From NCBI GenBank assembly GCA_965603825.1, contig CBFDEM010000063.1, forward strand, positions 372,001 to 436,000: DNA of 64,000 bases. Reading direction: 5' to 3'. Source of the stretch: Blepharisma stoltei ATCC 30299. Its lineage: Eukaryota > Protista > Ciliophora. Each line of letters starts with the position of its first letter. Within the stretch, counting starts at the first letter, position 1. The position numbers and the translations under genes are program-made. This document shows positions 47,099-59,849 of this stretch, piece after piece. The notes beneath the pieces were generated by a model. The model was not told the DNA's origin. It ran no database searches and was given only the letters and a program-made list of their open reading frames with translations.

Positions 47099-47318
47099 AT
47101 TAAATATTTAATTGCTGTTAATAATTTTAAAAAATATAATTTTTTTATATATGTGAATGATTAGTTTTTTTTAAATACATAAGATAATCATCTGAAATAA
47201 CAATCATAATTTTTAATATTAAAATAAATATTACATGATTTTATATCAATCATAATAATTTATTATATTTATTACATTTTTGAATTCTTTTTATGCATAT
47301 ATAGATTTCTTTACAAAT

Positions 47319-48983
47319 ATGGGCTGTGAGTGCTCTAAAACTCCTTATAGCATTATTTCAGATGAAGAAAAATTTATTGAAGAAGCAGAAAAATATCTTG
47401 AAATACACAAACACAAAGCAAGTACTTTAATCCAAAAATTTCTGTCGAAAATCAAGACAGAAACAGCTTCAAAAGAGCAAATACAAAAAATCTTATATTT
47501 TTTGAAGCTTAATAAAAAACCTCATTCAAAGCTTTATATATCTTTAAAGGGATTTGGTGATGCTATAATGACTGAATCTGAAATTAACTTAGCCAAAACG
47601 AAATGCACAATAATTCTTTTAGCCAAAGATTCATGTGAAATTAAAGCTAAACTTTTATTTGAAGCTATCGAATCAGGAACTGAAATAAACTCAAACAAAT
47701 TAAATACTTTACTTGATATAATTTCTACATCAGCTATTCAATTAGTGCAAAGCGCTATTAATTTTTCACCAAAAGGACTTTCAGCTGGCCGTGCAGAAAT
47801 TTATTCAAAAAAACTTAAACAGTCCCAGCCTTATTTTACAGATAAACTCCAAACCTTGATTTTGGATGGGCTGTCTAAAATTCCGAAAAATCAATTTATA
47901 GCGAGAATATCAAATTCAAATACTTTAAAAAATATTTTATCAACTTATGGGATTAGATCATTGCTGTTCAAATACTACCCTGAAGCTTTATTGCTAGTCC
48001 CCATCTCCCAAAAACCTGATATTTTTTATTATAATTATCCCAAAGTTAGCCCTAATCAGCCCAGGACTACATTAGTCTGCAAAAATTCACATGTCCTTAA
48101 ATGGACAAATGATTGCCCTTTTTACTATATGAATACAGTTGGCAGTTGAGAAATAAAATGCAAAAAATGTAATACCTTGTTCTCTTCATCATGCTGGCAC
48201 TGTAGAGAATGCTTATGAGATATCTGCGAAAAATGTGGACTAGATCTCAATCAAAAAGCTCCTAAACTTTCATGTACAAAAGACCACGAGCTTGTTTGAG
48301 GAATAAGCAATAATGCCACTTTTACCTGCAAGATTTGTAAAAATGAAGATAAAGATTTCGAGTGAAATTGCGAAGAATGCAATTATTCAGTTTGCAAAGA
48401 CTGTGGGGAGAAATTTGGGTATAAAGCTACATTATGGCCAAATTTGTGCGCAAATGGTCACAGCCTTACTATTCAGTCAGATATACAGGCGAAATATCAA
48501 GAAAAATATGGGAAAGGGCCGATATGTGAAAAATGTGAAGCGGAAATTCATGAGGACTGTTATCATTGTAATGAGTGTGATTTTGATATATGCAAAAAAT
48601 GCAGTGGATACATTAATAAACCATTAGGTCCACATCCTTGTTTTGTATGTACAGAAGGGCATTATTTAAGGTCATTTCATTCGGATACTGAATCAGTTTG
48701 TAATAGTTGTAGCTCACAGTGCGGATTTAAATTTTATTTTTGCCAAGATTGCGGATTTTGTTTATGCCTAACATGCTGCTCTAATTTATATAAAAATATT
48801 ACTAAACAATGCCAAAAAATATGCCCAAAAGGCCATAAATTGACTTACAATCCTCAGGTAACCCAAAGATACAAAGAAAACAAATTCCTCTGTGCAATTA
48901 CTAAAAAACCTAACAAAAACATTGGCTCCTTTAACTGCTACGATTGTTCATACGACATAAGCCTTATTTCTATAAATTCTTAA
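47319..48983 (+). CDS. MGC-acylated protein with EF-hand-like N-terminal domain and five Cys/His-rich zinc-binding repeats, 554 aa
   Basis: Single frame with TGA=Trp; repeats of the form CxxxH-L...CxxC...CxxCxxxxCxxC. Confidence 0.8.
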
Positions 48984-49013
48984 TGCTATTATTTTATATA
49001 TTCCAGGACTAAT

Positions 49014-50552
49014 TTAATTTACTGGCAAATATCGGCTCCTTGATGGCGTGGCATCAGTGCTTTCTTGGGATTCTTTCGATCTTGTGCTATTTGATTTTAT
49101 ATCAAAAATTTGTTTTACTTCATTTATTCCTTCCCTATCTTCTTCCCTCAAAATTTTCATCAATAATCTGGATTTCGCCATAGTGATTCCATTGTCTTTT
49201 ATAGGTATAAATCCTTTTATAGGTACTGCAGGTCTTCGGAATTGTTGTAAATATGAGCTGCTTTCTACGTTTAATTTCTTTTGTCTCTGCATAAGATTTA
49301 ATGAAATTCCTTTATTTTTCATTTCTTCTGGAATGGCTAAGCCTTGCTGTGTTGTGTGCGTCCCAGAAATCCAGGGATGACAAAGTGCTTCATGGGCGCT
49401 TGGCCGTTGTTCTGGGTTTTCTTGGGTTAAAGACATTACGAAGTCTCGTCCAAGTTTGGAAATGTTGTTTCACTCCTCAAGGTCAAAATCAATTCGGCAT
49501 TCTCTGTTTTTGAGGAGAATTTCGTTTGGGGAAGAGCCAGTGAAAGGGTATTTCCCAGTAAGCATAATATAACAAATGACGCCTGCGCTGAAAAGATCAA
49601 CTTTGGTGCTGTATCGCTGCCGGCGAAGGATTTCGGGGGCTACGAATCCTGGAGAGCCGCATCTAAGAGAAAGGTCTTCTGTCTGCTTTAGGAGGGCAGA
49701 GAGTCCGAAGTCACAGAGCTTAAATTCTGTATAATTATCTCCAGACAAAACCAAAATATTTTCTGGCTTGATATCTCTGTGTACAATTCCATTATTATGC
49801 AGAAAATCTATTACATCTAATAAATTTCGCATAAACGCAGCTGCAATGTGCTCTGGGTATTTCCCCATTTTTAGTCTCCTTTGTAGTTCTCCACCTCTGA
49901 CGTAATCCATAACCAAATGGAAGGCCTCTTCAGTTTCATAAACATAATGTAAAGTAATAATCCTAGGATGCTTAATTTTTCTCATTACTTCTATTTCTGA
50001 CTTCAAGGTGTCAATAAAACTTTGATTTTGTGACTCTTTTGGGATTGTTTTTACAGCATAAGGCTGCCTGTTTAAGTATTCTATTGCCATAAACACTTTT
50101 GAGTAATTTCCTCGGCCGATTTCTTTTTGTAAGGAATAATCTTCATCAAAGTCAGTCAGAATTGTCAAAGGTGATAAACGGCTTAATCAATCTTCTAAGA
50201 TGTCTTTGCTATCAACATAAAAGTCTTGGGAATTATTGCTACCCTGTAATTTAAATCCAAAAGCTTTTGAGTTTTTTTTTATTTCATAGAACGGTTTAAG
50301 GATTTTTCAATCAATGCATGCTTCTTTTCTTATACGGATGTCTTTTTGACTTTTGCAATACAATAATTTTTTTGAAGTCAGCACAAAATACCTTTTCTTT
50401 CACGAGCCGTCTGAAAGGGGCAGGGAAAGCCATCCTTGGTAAATTAAGTCCTCCAAAGGGGCTGGAGGCTTAGAAATGAAGTTTCCGTAGGTTTTTTGCC
50501 AAAAGCCTCTTTGAGATTGTGGATCTTCGAAAGAGTTTGTAGAGAGAATCAT
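49014..50552 (-). CDS. PH-domain plus CAMK-group Ser/Thr kinase, 512 aa
   Basis: W(TGA)KKRYFVLT and LEDW(TGA)L PH-domain motifs; GRGNYSKV, HRDIKPEN, DFG and CGSPGFVAPE. Confidence 0.92.
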
Positions 50553-51320
50553 AATTAATAAGTTTATATTTTGTTGGAGCGTTCTATTCTAGAATGTGAA
50601 ATAAAATTAAGTTGTATGTAAATTAAAGTAATAGAAATGAGAAAAGGTAAAGTTTGCTCTATGACAGAATTTTAATATTTTTAATATTATTTTAGAAATC
50701 GGTATTACCAGGAATTATTATTCATTATTTTTGATTAACATTTAATTAATTTTGAGGTAAAATGTTCTGATAGCCTTTAAAGGTACTATAGTTAATATTA
50801 CTTTGAGATATGATTAATTTATAAGCCATTTTAGATTGATAATTATGAGACTTCAAAAGAATTTAATTGAAAATAAGGATTTTAAAATTAGTAAGCTTGA
50901 TCGGGATAATTGTTAGTGTTTGGGCTTTTAATAGAAATTATAATTTAATTTATTACTTAGCTAAGTTAAATAAAACAGTAAAATGTAGGCTCCATATTTC
51001 TTTAGCAAAAATTAATTAAATGTTTTATCCTGAATCGCCACTTATGCTTAATTTACATTTAAATGATTTTATTTTAACTCAAAATATTGATTTTCTCTTA
51101 AAAATATATTCATTATGTCTATTTTATATATATTTAATATATTTCTACCTGTGGTTCCAAATATTGCAAATCTCAAGATTCGAATCTATATATTTTAGAT
51201 TAAATTAATATCCATTAATCATAGGATAAGCAAAATAATAAAAATTATCTCACTAATCATCTAACTGCATTTCCTCATTTTCCTCTTTCCATACTTTCCA
51301 ATTAATCAAACAAAGGCCAC

Positions 51321-51911
51321 ATGTCAGATCCTAAGAAAAAGATTATAAAGAAAGGTAGTGAGCCTACAGAATTTGAGTACCATGTCGCCCAAACTCTTGG
51401 AGAGATAGAAGCTTCATCAGCCGATCTCAAAGGTGAGCTTCGCGATGTAATGATTACAGGAGCAACTGAATTCGAAGGAAAATTCAGAGGAGCAGTCCGC
51501 CAAGCAGTTATCATTATGTTCCATTACAGATCCCTAAAAGCTGTGAAATCAATTCATGCACGCTTACTAGGAGAGCTGGAAAAAAGATTCAGAAGACCAG
51601 TGGCTATTATCTTCACAAGAACAATCTTACCAAAATACCTAAAATCAAAAGGACAACAGAAACGTCCTTATTCAAGAACTCTTACAGCTGTCCATGAAGC
51701 CATTCTTGATGACTTAGTTTACCCAGCCGCAATTATGGGTAAAAGAATGAGAATAAAGACCGATGGAAAAAGAGTCTTCAAAGTCCTCCTTGACCCTCAC
51801 GACAGAGAAAAACTCGAAGAAAAACTCGATACTATTAGTGCTGTCTACAGCAAATTAACAAACAAAGAACTTGTATTTGAGTTTCCTCTCAGCAGAGAAT
51901 TCCCAGTTTAA
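51321..51911 (+). CDS. RPS7: 40S ribosomal protein S7 (eS7)
   Basis: RLLGELEKRF, QKRPYSRTLTAVHEAILDDLVYP and VYSKLT...FEFP. Confidence 0.97.
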   Translation: MSDPKKKIIKKGSEPTEFEYHVAQTLGEIEASSADLKGELRDVMITGATEFEGKFRGAVRQAVIIMFHYRSLKAVKSIHARLLGELEKRFRRPVAIIFTRTILPKYLKSKGQQKRPYSRTLTAVHEAILDDLVYPAAIMGKRMRIKTDGKRVFKVLLDPHDREKLEEKLDTISAVYSKLTNKELVFEFPLSREFPV

Positions 51912-51940
51912 GCTAACTTTTACGAGTTTCTAAAATTAAT

Positions 51941-52522
51941 ATGGGTGGAGTTTTAAATAACATGACTTATCAAAAACCTTTGATAAGTCCTGCACTGCAG
52001 CGATGTATTATATAATTAGTAAGTATCCCTAAACTAAGGGAGCTACACACAAAAATGATAAATCTTTCAATGAGCTTTGCAATGACCTATGAAGAATTTA
52101 AAGAAATTTTCAATGAATCTGATTTTAATGTATGAGATACCGATTCAAATGGGGTTATAGAAGGGCTTGAAGTCTTAGCTGGGCTTGTTTTATTTGCTGA
52201 TGCTTGTCCAGATGATAAAGTTCAATGTAAAATTAACACAGTTTTATTCAATCTGTTTGATTTCAATAGAGAAGATGCAATTTCAAGGACAGATCTTCAG
52301 CTATTAGCCTACGTAACTTTGACGTCTGTATGCAAAATTCTTGGATATTCAAGAGACATCAATATTCAAGAACCAAGCCAGACAGTTGCGAATTATTTTC
52401 ATTCTAATGTAAAAATCAATTTTTCAGCACTACTGGAATTTTGTTTGCATTCACAACAAGTAACCCAGCTATTAACTGTTGTAAACAGCTCAATAAATAA
52501 TAGAAGCCAAAGCCATAGTTAA
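51941..52522 (+). CDS. EF-hand protein, calcineurin-B/NCS-like (introns 52005-52019 and 52227-52241)
   Basis: MGG start; W(TGA)DTDSNGVIEGLE and DDKVQFLFNLFDFNREDAISRTD after splicing. Confidence 0.82.
52005..52019 (+). other. 15-nt spliceosomal intron
   Basis: GTATTATATAATTAG; contains in-frame TAA. Confidence 0.85.
52227..52241 (+). other. Probable stop-less 15-nt intron
   Basis: GTAAAATTAACACAG; removal restores the EF-hand entry helix KVQFLFNLFD. Confidence 0.78.
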
Positions 52523-52562
52523 GAAATTTATAATGCAAAATTTAATTTTTTTAAAATATTAA

Positions 52563-53264
52563 TTATGTTTTGAAATTACATAGGCTTAAAAGATACCCAG
52601 CAGGCAAAAATATCATATCAATATACACGCATAAAAGCCCATACAGATATTGCTGAGATGACAAAGAATATCTCCCACTTTCTATTAATTCTGTATCAAT
52701 GCCCACATATATTGCAAAAATAACTGACAATAAAAAACAGATTAAAATTTTTATAGGCCTTGAGTCTCCAAAAAATCCCATAAATAAAGCAAATAAAATT
52801 GAAGAAATCAAAGTCCCAAACAAAATCGCATAAATTCCTCTGAAATTGTAATGCGTATAATAAACATATCCATACATTCCCAAGCTCACTGCCATTTCCA
52901 TTAAAACTCCTATAAATACACATAAAGGATCAAAATAAGCAGTCACACAAACCACCATGAAGCTTTTGGAGACTGAAAAAATGCTGAAAATGATGATATT
53001 TTGAGGGAAGTCTTGTTTAAGATTTTTTACAAATAAAGCGATAAGGGAGGATAAAAGAACAATTCCGACGTTTAGGATCCAGAATCAATAATTCGCTAAA
53101 AATCATTTCCTGAGGGTATTTGAAGCGAGAGAGACTGATGCAATAGTAACAGTAATAGAGCATTGAATAACTAAAGCGAAATAGATTTGCTTGATAAAAT
53201 CTTTACGTCTGGGGTCTGGGTCTTTCATTTGGGTTCATGATGAAGCTCGATGTGGTGAAGACAT
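52563..53264 (-). CDS. Bax inhibitor-1 / TMBIM (lifeguard-like) membrane protein
   Basis: RKDFIKQIY...Q, multiple TM segments, YVGIDTELI and CVYIDMI. Confidence 0.85.
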
Positions 53265-53634
53265 AGATAATTTTTATTCCATTTTAGAATAATGAAAAGA
53301 AGTAGATATATTTCGATCTACACTAATTACTTTAATAAATATGATATGTGAAGCGAAATTATTTCATTTAAGAGGTCTACGCATTTTTAATTCGTATGGT
53401 AAATATAAATCAATATTCAGTTTATTTTTACTAGCTGTAAAACTAGCATAGATGTCATGTCTTTATAGACTCCTTAAATAATTGTATATTTATACAAGTA
53501 AAGAAATTTATTAAATTTTCGAAAAGTAAATTATCCTAATTTTACAGCTTAAAATTAATAAAAATTCGTAGGATAAGATATGAGTAATATTTTTCACTCA
53601 AAAATCTTCTAGAGAATATATAGAAACTTTTTAT

Positions 53635-54009
53635 TTAAAAATTAGGAAACGGATCAAGCAATAGATTTACTGAGATCCTTCTATTGTTCAGCATTTTCAC
53701 TTGACTTCTCATTGTACTTGTTTTAAATCGATTTTTAATTACTGGGATATGCCCAAGGCTGTGATTCGCTTTAATAACCCTTGGAGTGCTAAATTCATTG
53801 TGCTCAAAAGTGAAAGATAAGTCATCAATGCTTTTCAGTTCTTTACGGCCACGAGGTGAGAAATGGTTTAATTTATTGGAATTATTTGAGGCTCCACACT
53901 TCTTGTTCAGAATTGGAGATTGGCACTGAATAGTTTCTGGAATTCTTTGAGTTTCCAAAAAATGAATTGGACTTGTAAGTTTCTTTCTAACAAAAATAGT
54001 ATCATCCAT
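53635..54009 (-). CDS. Small basic, disordered hypothetical protein
   Basis: 124-aa ORF rich in SP/TP sites, with AT-rich flanks. Confidence 0.65.
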   Translation of the reverse strand: MDDTIFVRKKLTSPIHFLETQRIPETIQCQSPILNKKCGASNNSNKLNHFSPRGRKELKSIDDLSFTFEHNEFSTPRVIKANHSLGHIPVIKNRFKTSTMRSQVKMLNNRRISVNLLLDPFPNF

Positions 54010-54374
54010 TTTATATATTTATTTTATAACTGGACAATTTGTAAGAAATTATGATCTTTAGATGGATTACAAGATAATGATTAATTATTTTTTCCTGGAA
54101 AATTAATTAAAAACTATATTTTATAAGCAAATTAAAATTCATAAAATTCAGCATGCAATTTAAAAGAAAAAGCTTAATTTTGCTATTTAATTTGCTTAAA
54201 AATCAAAAAAATATTTTTATAATTTTTTAGAAGGAAATGTATAAAACGGCTTATAAAATAGTATTGCAAAAATAATTTAAATAATTTTATTATCTTGGAC
54301 TTGAAACTCATATTCTTGTTAAATCATGGAGAAAATCATTACTTTACTTATGTCCCTAGAACTAGAAAATTATA

Positions 54375-54650
54375 TTATTCAATTCTCTCGAGTATGATTT
54401 GACCGGTCTTTGAAAATCCTGCTTCATCTTCTGAATTCCTATGTGAGCCTCTTGTTGATTTAAGGTCTTCTGGACTATAATACACTGATTTATAAGATCT
54501 TGTCCTTTGAGTCGTCCTCATGTGCATTTTTGGCTCAGTTGAGCTGAACTCCATCTCTTCATCATTAATATTTGACTGATAGCAGCATAGATGACTTCTC
54601 AGTAGGCTCAGTCTAAGTTATCCTTACGCTTCATGGATATGATTTTGCAT
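54375..54650 (-). CDS. Small hypothetical protein, 86 aa (intron 54613-54627)
   Basis: ATG at 54650; intron GTAAGGATAACTTAG removes a TAA and the frame continues to TAA at 54375. Absent from the ORF track. Confidence 0.7.
54613..54627 (-). other. 15-nt spliceosomal intron
   Basis: GTAAGGATAACTTAG; contains in-frame TAA. Confidence 0.78.
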
Positions 54651-55892
54651 TGTTAATTAAATGTAAACAGAAATTTTATTACAAAATCCAGTTAAAATTA
54701 AGGCTAAAATTATAATTTTTTACTGTTAGAGATTTTGAAGAAATTCCTGCCAGTGCTATCATTTTCAATTATATAAATAAAAATGATTTAAAAATCTTCA
54801 TGGAAATAAATTATTCTAGGTATAGCTGAGTAATTTTGTTTTGTCCAGTGCATTTGGCTAATATTCTAAATTATAAATATTTATTAATTACTTAATAAGG
54901 GAGAGTTCTTCGCTATAAATTTGAATTATAATTTTTATTTTTACTTGAACCAGGTATAATACTAGAATTTGAGAAATTAATATAAAGAATATTTTATTAT
55001 TCTCAAAATAACTTTAATAATAAGTTGATAAAGGCTTAGAGTCAAAGCTATTTTAATTCTGAACATAAAAGTAATCATCATTCTTGTCTATGAAAAATGA
55101 TTATTTTAGCCCTTAAAGTAACGCAATTATTTTAAAATTTATAAAGCTGCCTCGATGCCACCTATAATTAAATTAAAACTGACTGTAATCACTCAAGAGG
55201 TCTAATCTTTGAATTAAAGGAAAGCTGTATTCATATGATAGGAATATATCCCAATGTGATACAAATAAGCAATTACTTGGCAGTAAGCCCTAATATTAGA
55301 CATTTTATAGCCTAATATAAGTATCTAAATACCAAAAAGTAGCCACCAAACATTCTTGAGTTATTAAATTAAAACGAAAAGAAAAGTCTTTATGATATTT
55401 TTCATCATTGTGTAATTATGATTTCTCCTGATCTCAAGCTCTTCAATTATAGAATTACATGAAATCCTTTTCCTATATAGCATCTGGAATATAAATTATC
55501 TAGCGTACATCAAAAAGATAGCATATAATATGATATAGTGGTTAATTCTGACAACTTCTGAACCTATTTGGGTGATTAATTAATCTAATTATTTGAGAGG
55601 ATTTCTGTTAATTAATATCTTAAATATATGATATTTTTTATGTGCGTAAATTATTCTTTAATTTTTCTCTTTTCTTTCAAAGAATGGCCAAAACCTTCAT
55701 ACTTATATTTATTATTATTCAGAGTTTCTGAAGGAGAACTTAAGCTGAATACGAGCTAAATAAGACAATTTTTATTCTTGCTTCTTAGCATAAGATCAAT
55801 TCATTTTTTTTACATCTAAGTATATAAATTTTAAAATTCAAATTATTTATACAGAATTTTATAAATATAGGAGAGAGGCAAAAAAAAATAAA

Positions 55893-58800
55893 CTAAGACC
55901 TAAGTAGTAAAACAAGTATTTTATCTTTAAATGGAATTAAAATAATCAGCCATCTTGACACAATCGGCACTAATCCCCATGCAATACAAATAAACCATTG
56001 CTCAACAGTAAATCCGTCCAAATGGCAGCCCATTGCCCAACCGCCAGCTTCTACCATAATGACTTGAACCCAAAATATAACAAACCAGATAAATACAAAA
56101 AGCCAGTTTTTGGTTATATTTGATAAAATACAAGTCTCGTCTTGCAATTTCCTACAGTTTATTTCATTAAAAAGCTGAAATAAGACGAAAACATTGAAAA
56201 TAAAAGTCACCATCCTGCTTGGGCCTATATCTGTATTATTGTATAATCAATAGCAATCTTTGTCACCTTTGAAATTGTAGTCTCTTCCTGATTTTACATA
56301 ATCTTCACTGCTTGGGTTGTAATAAATGCTTTTTCCATTCCCATATTCAGGAATAAAATTTTCCCCAGCAAACATCATTGCGAATATTATAGCACATTGA
56401 ATTGTAGCTTGGCCGAATATGTGTTTAAACATTGTTGGAGTGATAATAAAATCTGACATATTGTGAAGCTTTCTACTTAATCAAATGATTATATTATCTT
56501 TGGAAAATTACTTATTGGCAGTTATCTATATCGAAATTATAAAGAGAACAAATAATTTAAGCTAGAAGCGCTATTTAATTAAATATAATAAATGAAACAT
56601 AATATAGGAAATGAATTAGTATATTGCAATTAATAATTGTTGGTCTACGAAGTTGCAATTAAATGAAATTTATTTTTATTTTAAAACAAAATATATAAAA
56701 ATTTCAAAAATGAAGCCCTTCATGTCTTGCTTATGTTAAATAAGGTGGATTTAGGAAATCATCTGTTGGTGTCTCAGTTGCTAGAGCAAGGGATGCCAAA
56801 GTGTCCATAATGAGATTAACCCAAAGAAGCTGGCTTGCTGTTAAAGGAGATTGCTTAATTGTAAGAGCTCCAACAATTGCGCAAGTTATAACTACTACAT
56901 TTACAGTAAGCTGAAATTTAATAAAGCGTTGGATATTATCATAAACGCTCCTTCCCCATTTGACAGCTTTTACAATTGAGCTAAAATTGCTATCAAGTAA
57001 AATAATATCAGCAACCTCTTGAATCAACTCAGTGCCCGCAATTCCCATTGCAAACCCAATATTTGCTTTTTTAAGAGCAAGTGCATCTTTAGCTCCATCT
57101 CCTGCAATTGCAACAACGCTTCCCATTTGTTTAAGTTCAGTCACAAGTGTATATTTATCTTCAGGCTGAGATCTTGCTAAAACATCAAGATGTCCAATGA
57201 CTTTTTTGAAATTTTCGAAATTCCCGACCACGTCATTTCTCACTTTTCTATCTCCAGCATTTTTGGAATTTCTAGGACAGTCACAAAGCTCAGTCTTGCA
57301 TTCATCACATACAATTCCTCCTACTTCTTTCCTGAATTCTTCTCCGATCATAGCTATGCTATTATCATTTGCAATACCAATGCTTCTTGCAATTGCGAAA
57401 GCAGTTATATGATTATCGCCAGTCACCATTCGGACTTTTATTTGAGTTTTTTTGCAAGCTTGGATTGCATCAGGCACTTCATTTCTTGGAGGGTCATAAA
57501 TTCCAAAAATCCCAATCAAGTTTAGTCCTTTCTTTTCTAAAACTGGAATTCCATTTTTATCAACTTCCTTTAGTTTTTCCATATCATCCTCAGTTAAGTC
57601 TTTAAAAGCAATTCCTAGTGTTCTTAAGCCTTGTCCTGCCATAGTTTCAATGTCCCTTTTTATTTGATATCTTCTGTCTTCGTCAATATCAGCTAGAGAA
57701 GCATCCAAAGTGAGAATTCTTTTGCTGGATTTACCAAATATTCTGAAGCTCCTACAACATATATTCTAGTCAAGTCTTCTGCATATTTTACAATAGTGCT
57801 ACCTCTTTTTCTTTTCGAAGCAAATGGGTTGGCTATTAAAATATCATTAATAAAATTTTGCCTAACTTTCATATAATCATTATGTCCAAGCATTACAAGC
57901 AACTTGATAATGGCGAGCTCAGTTTTTGAGCCAATTTCTTTATCATCTTCTAGCCTTGCGGAGGTAGTTAAACATATTGCGTCTTTTAAGAAATCGAAGT
58001 AGTCCGAATGTTTTTCAGGGACATCTTTCAGGTTAGTACTGTCAATTATTTTTCCATCAATAGAGCAACTTTGGACTTCCATTAAATTTTCGTTAAAATT
58101 CCAGTTTTATCTAAGCAAATGCAGTCTGCTCCTCCCATAGTTTCGCAGGCATAAAGTCTTTTTACTAAGATTTGTTCTTTTTGCATTTTTCTTACAGAAT
58201 AAGCCAGCGATATAGCAACAGCCAACGGTAAGCCTTCTGGAATAGCTACAGCAATAACGCTGATTCCAACAATTATAGCATAAATTAAGTCGCTAGCTCT
58301 ATAATCATCAGCATTTCATTCATTATTTCCAGTTCCCAGCTCGATAAAGAACCTCAGTCATAATATCACAATCACAAAGCACCCTGCCATCAATCCTATC
58401 CATAAAATTTTATCAGCAAGGATTTTTAGTTTTATCTCTAAAGGAGTCATTTCGTCATCCTGTTCAGCAAGATTAGTGATCCTGCCTTCTTTTGAGTAAA
58501 TTCCAACAGCAATGGCTACCATTATTCCGCTTCCTTCTACAACACCACTCCCTGAGATTACAAAGGTGAAGGGATTTCTCTTTTGGCGTGGTTTCCTTCA
58601 GCCCTGGCTCCATTTTTGAGAAATTCTTTAAGTCTTTTTAAGCACTCTTCATAGTCTTCTTTTTCGACATTATCGTTTTCTCCTGTAAGAGAAAACTCAT
58701 TTGTTTGAAGACTTTCAGCTTTAATGAGAATTCCGTCTGCAGGAATTATATTTCCTTGTACCAGTTTAACTGCATCTCCTACTAAAATTTCGCTTGGGTG

Positions 58801-59329
58801 TAAAGATTTGAACTCCCCCCCTTAAGACAGTGATTGGTGCCCTATTTTTCTGACTTCTCAGCTCTGCGAATTGCTTTTGATTTAAATAATTATTAACAGA
58901 AGCAATTACAACCGCAATAAAACCCGCAATAAGAATAGCGAAACCTTCAAACCAAGTAGAACCTTGATGATGATCTCTTATTATATCTCCAAGAATAAGA
59001 TTAAGTACCCCCATAAATAGAAGCATGATAAGAACTTTATTTCTAAGAGCATAACAGCAAAATTCCAAAAAAGTAAAAAGTCTTTTTTCTTCTCTTTTAT
59101 TTTTTCCATATGCAGCTATTCTTTTTTCAAATCTGCTATTAGAATTAATGCCATTGCGAAAATCAACATCTAATAGCTCTTGGAATTTGTCAATTCCGCC
59201 ACGGTTTTCAATTAAGATAATTTCTTCGTCGAACTTTCTGTTTATATAGGTCTCTACCAAAGTAATTAATTCTTCTTTAGAGACAAATTTTGACAGTTCT
59301 CTATAGCTTCTTGACGTCTGCTCAATCAT
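55893..59329 (-). pseudogene. PMCA: Decayed tandem duplicate of the PMCA-type Ca2+-ATPase
   Basis: Collinear with 61048-64000. Frameshifts at about 58815, 58562, 58088 and 57732. DKTGT changed to DKTGI, TGDGTND to AGDGAKD, DDNF to DSNF. Carries a 274-bp insertion. Confidence 0.9.
56478..56753. mobile_element. 274-bp AT-rich insertion bounded by TTA/TA direct repeats (IES-like)
   Basis: Absent at the homologous site of the intact paralog (about 61705-61720). Removal leaving one TA gives TDDFLSRKLHNMSDF, compared with TDALLTRKPHNMSDF in the paralog. Confidence 0.75.
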
Positions 59330-59849
59330 TTATTAATTATTAGCATCTGAATTTCTCAAAAATAAATCAATGCATATGGGACTGAGAAGGCAATAGCAAT
59401 GAAAAAATTAAAGCACTCATCTGTGATTGATGATTGGACCTAAAGTTTTTTTTATAAATCAATATTAAGAAGTCTTGCTAAGAATAGTTTAGGTTCTTAG
59501 GCATCTAATCAATCTACAATTTCAAACAAAAAATAGAGGAGTTTTATTTCACATTTTATAACTGCCAAATCATAAGTGTCCAGAGGCAAGTATTTTTCTT
59601 AACTGAATTTGTGTGCAATTAAATATTAAAAACACTTAAGAATTTAAGGAACGCAGATCATTGGGATCTTTAATTGTTTCCACTGCCAAACGAATTTTTA
59701 TTTTTATCTACACCTAAAAGATTATCCCAATTGCCATTCAAACTCTTTTTTTGAGCTTTTTATAAGTTCAAACAATGCGGTACGCCTTATCTTGGAGTCC
59801 ATAAGTTCAAAAAAACCCAATTAAGTTTTTCCTTTTTTTCCAAAATTGG

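Noticed and set aside
56478-56753. Interpreting the 274-bp insertion as a long intron
   Set aside because: There is no GT donor at the junction on the gene strand, and the size is far outside the local intron class.
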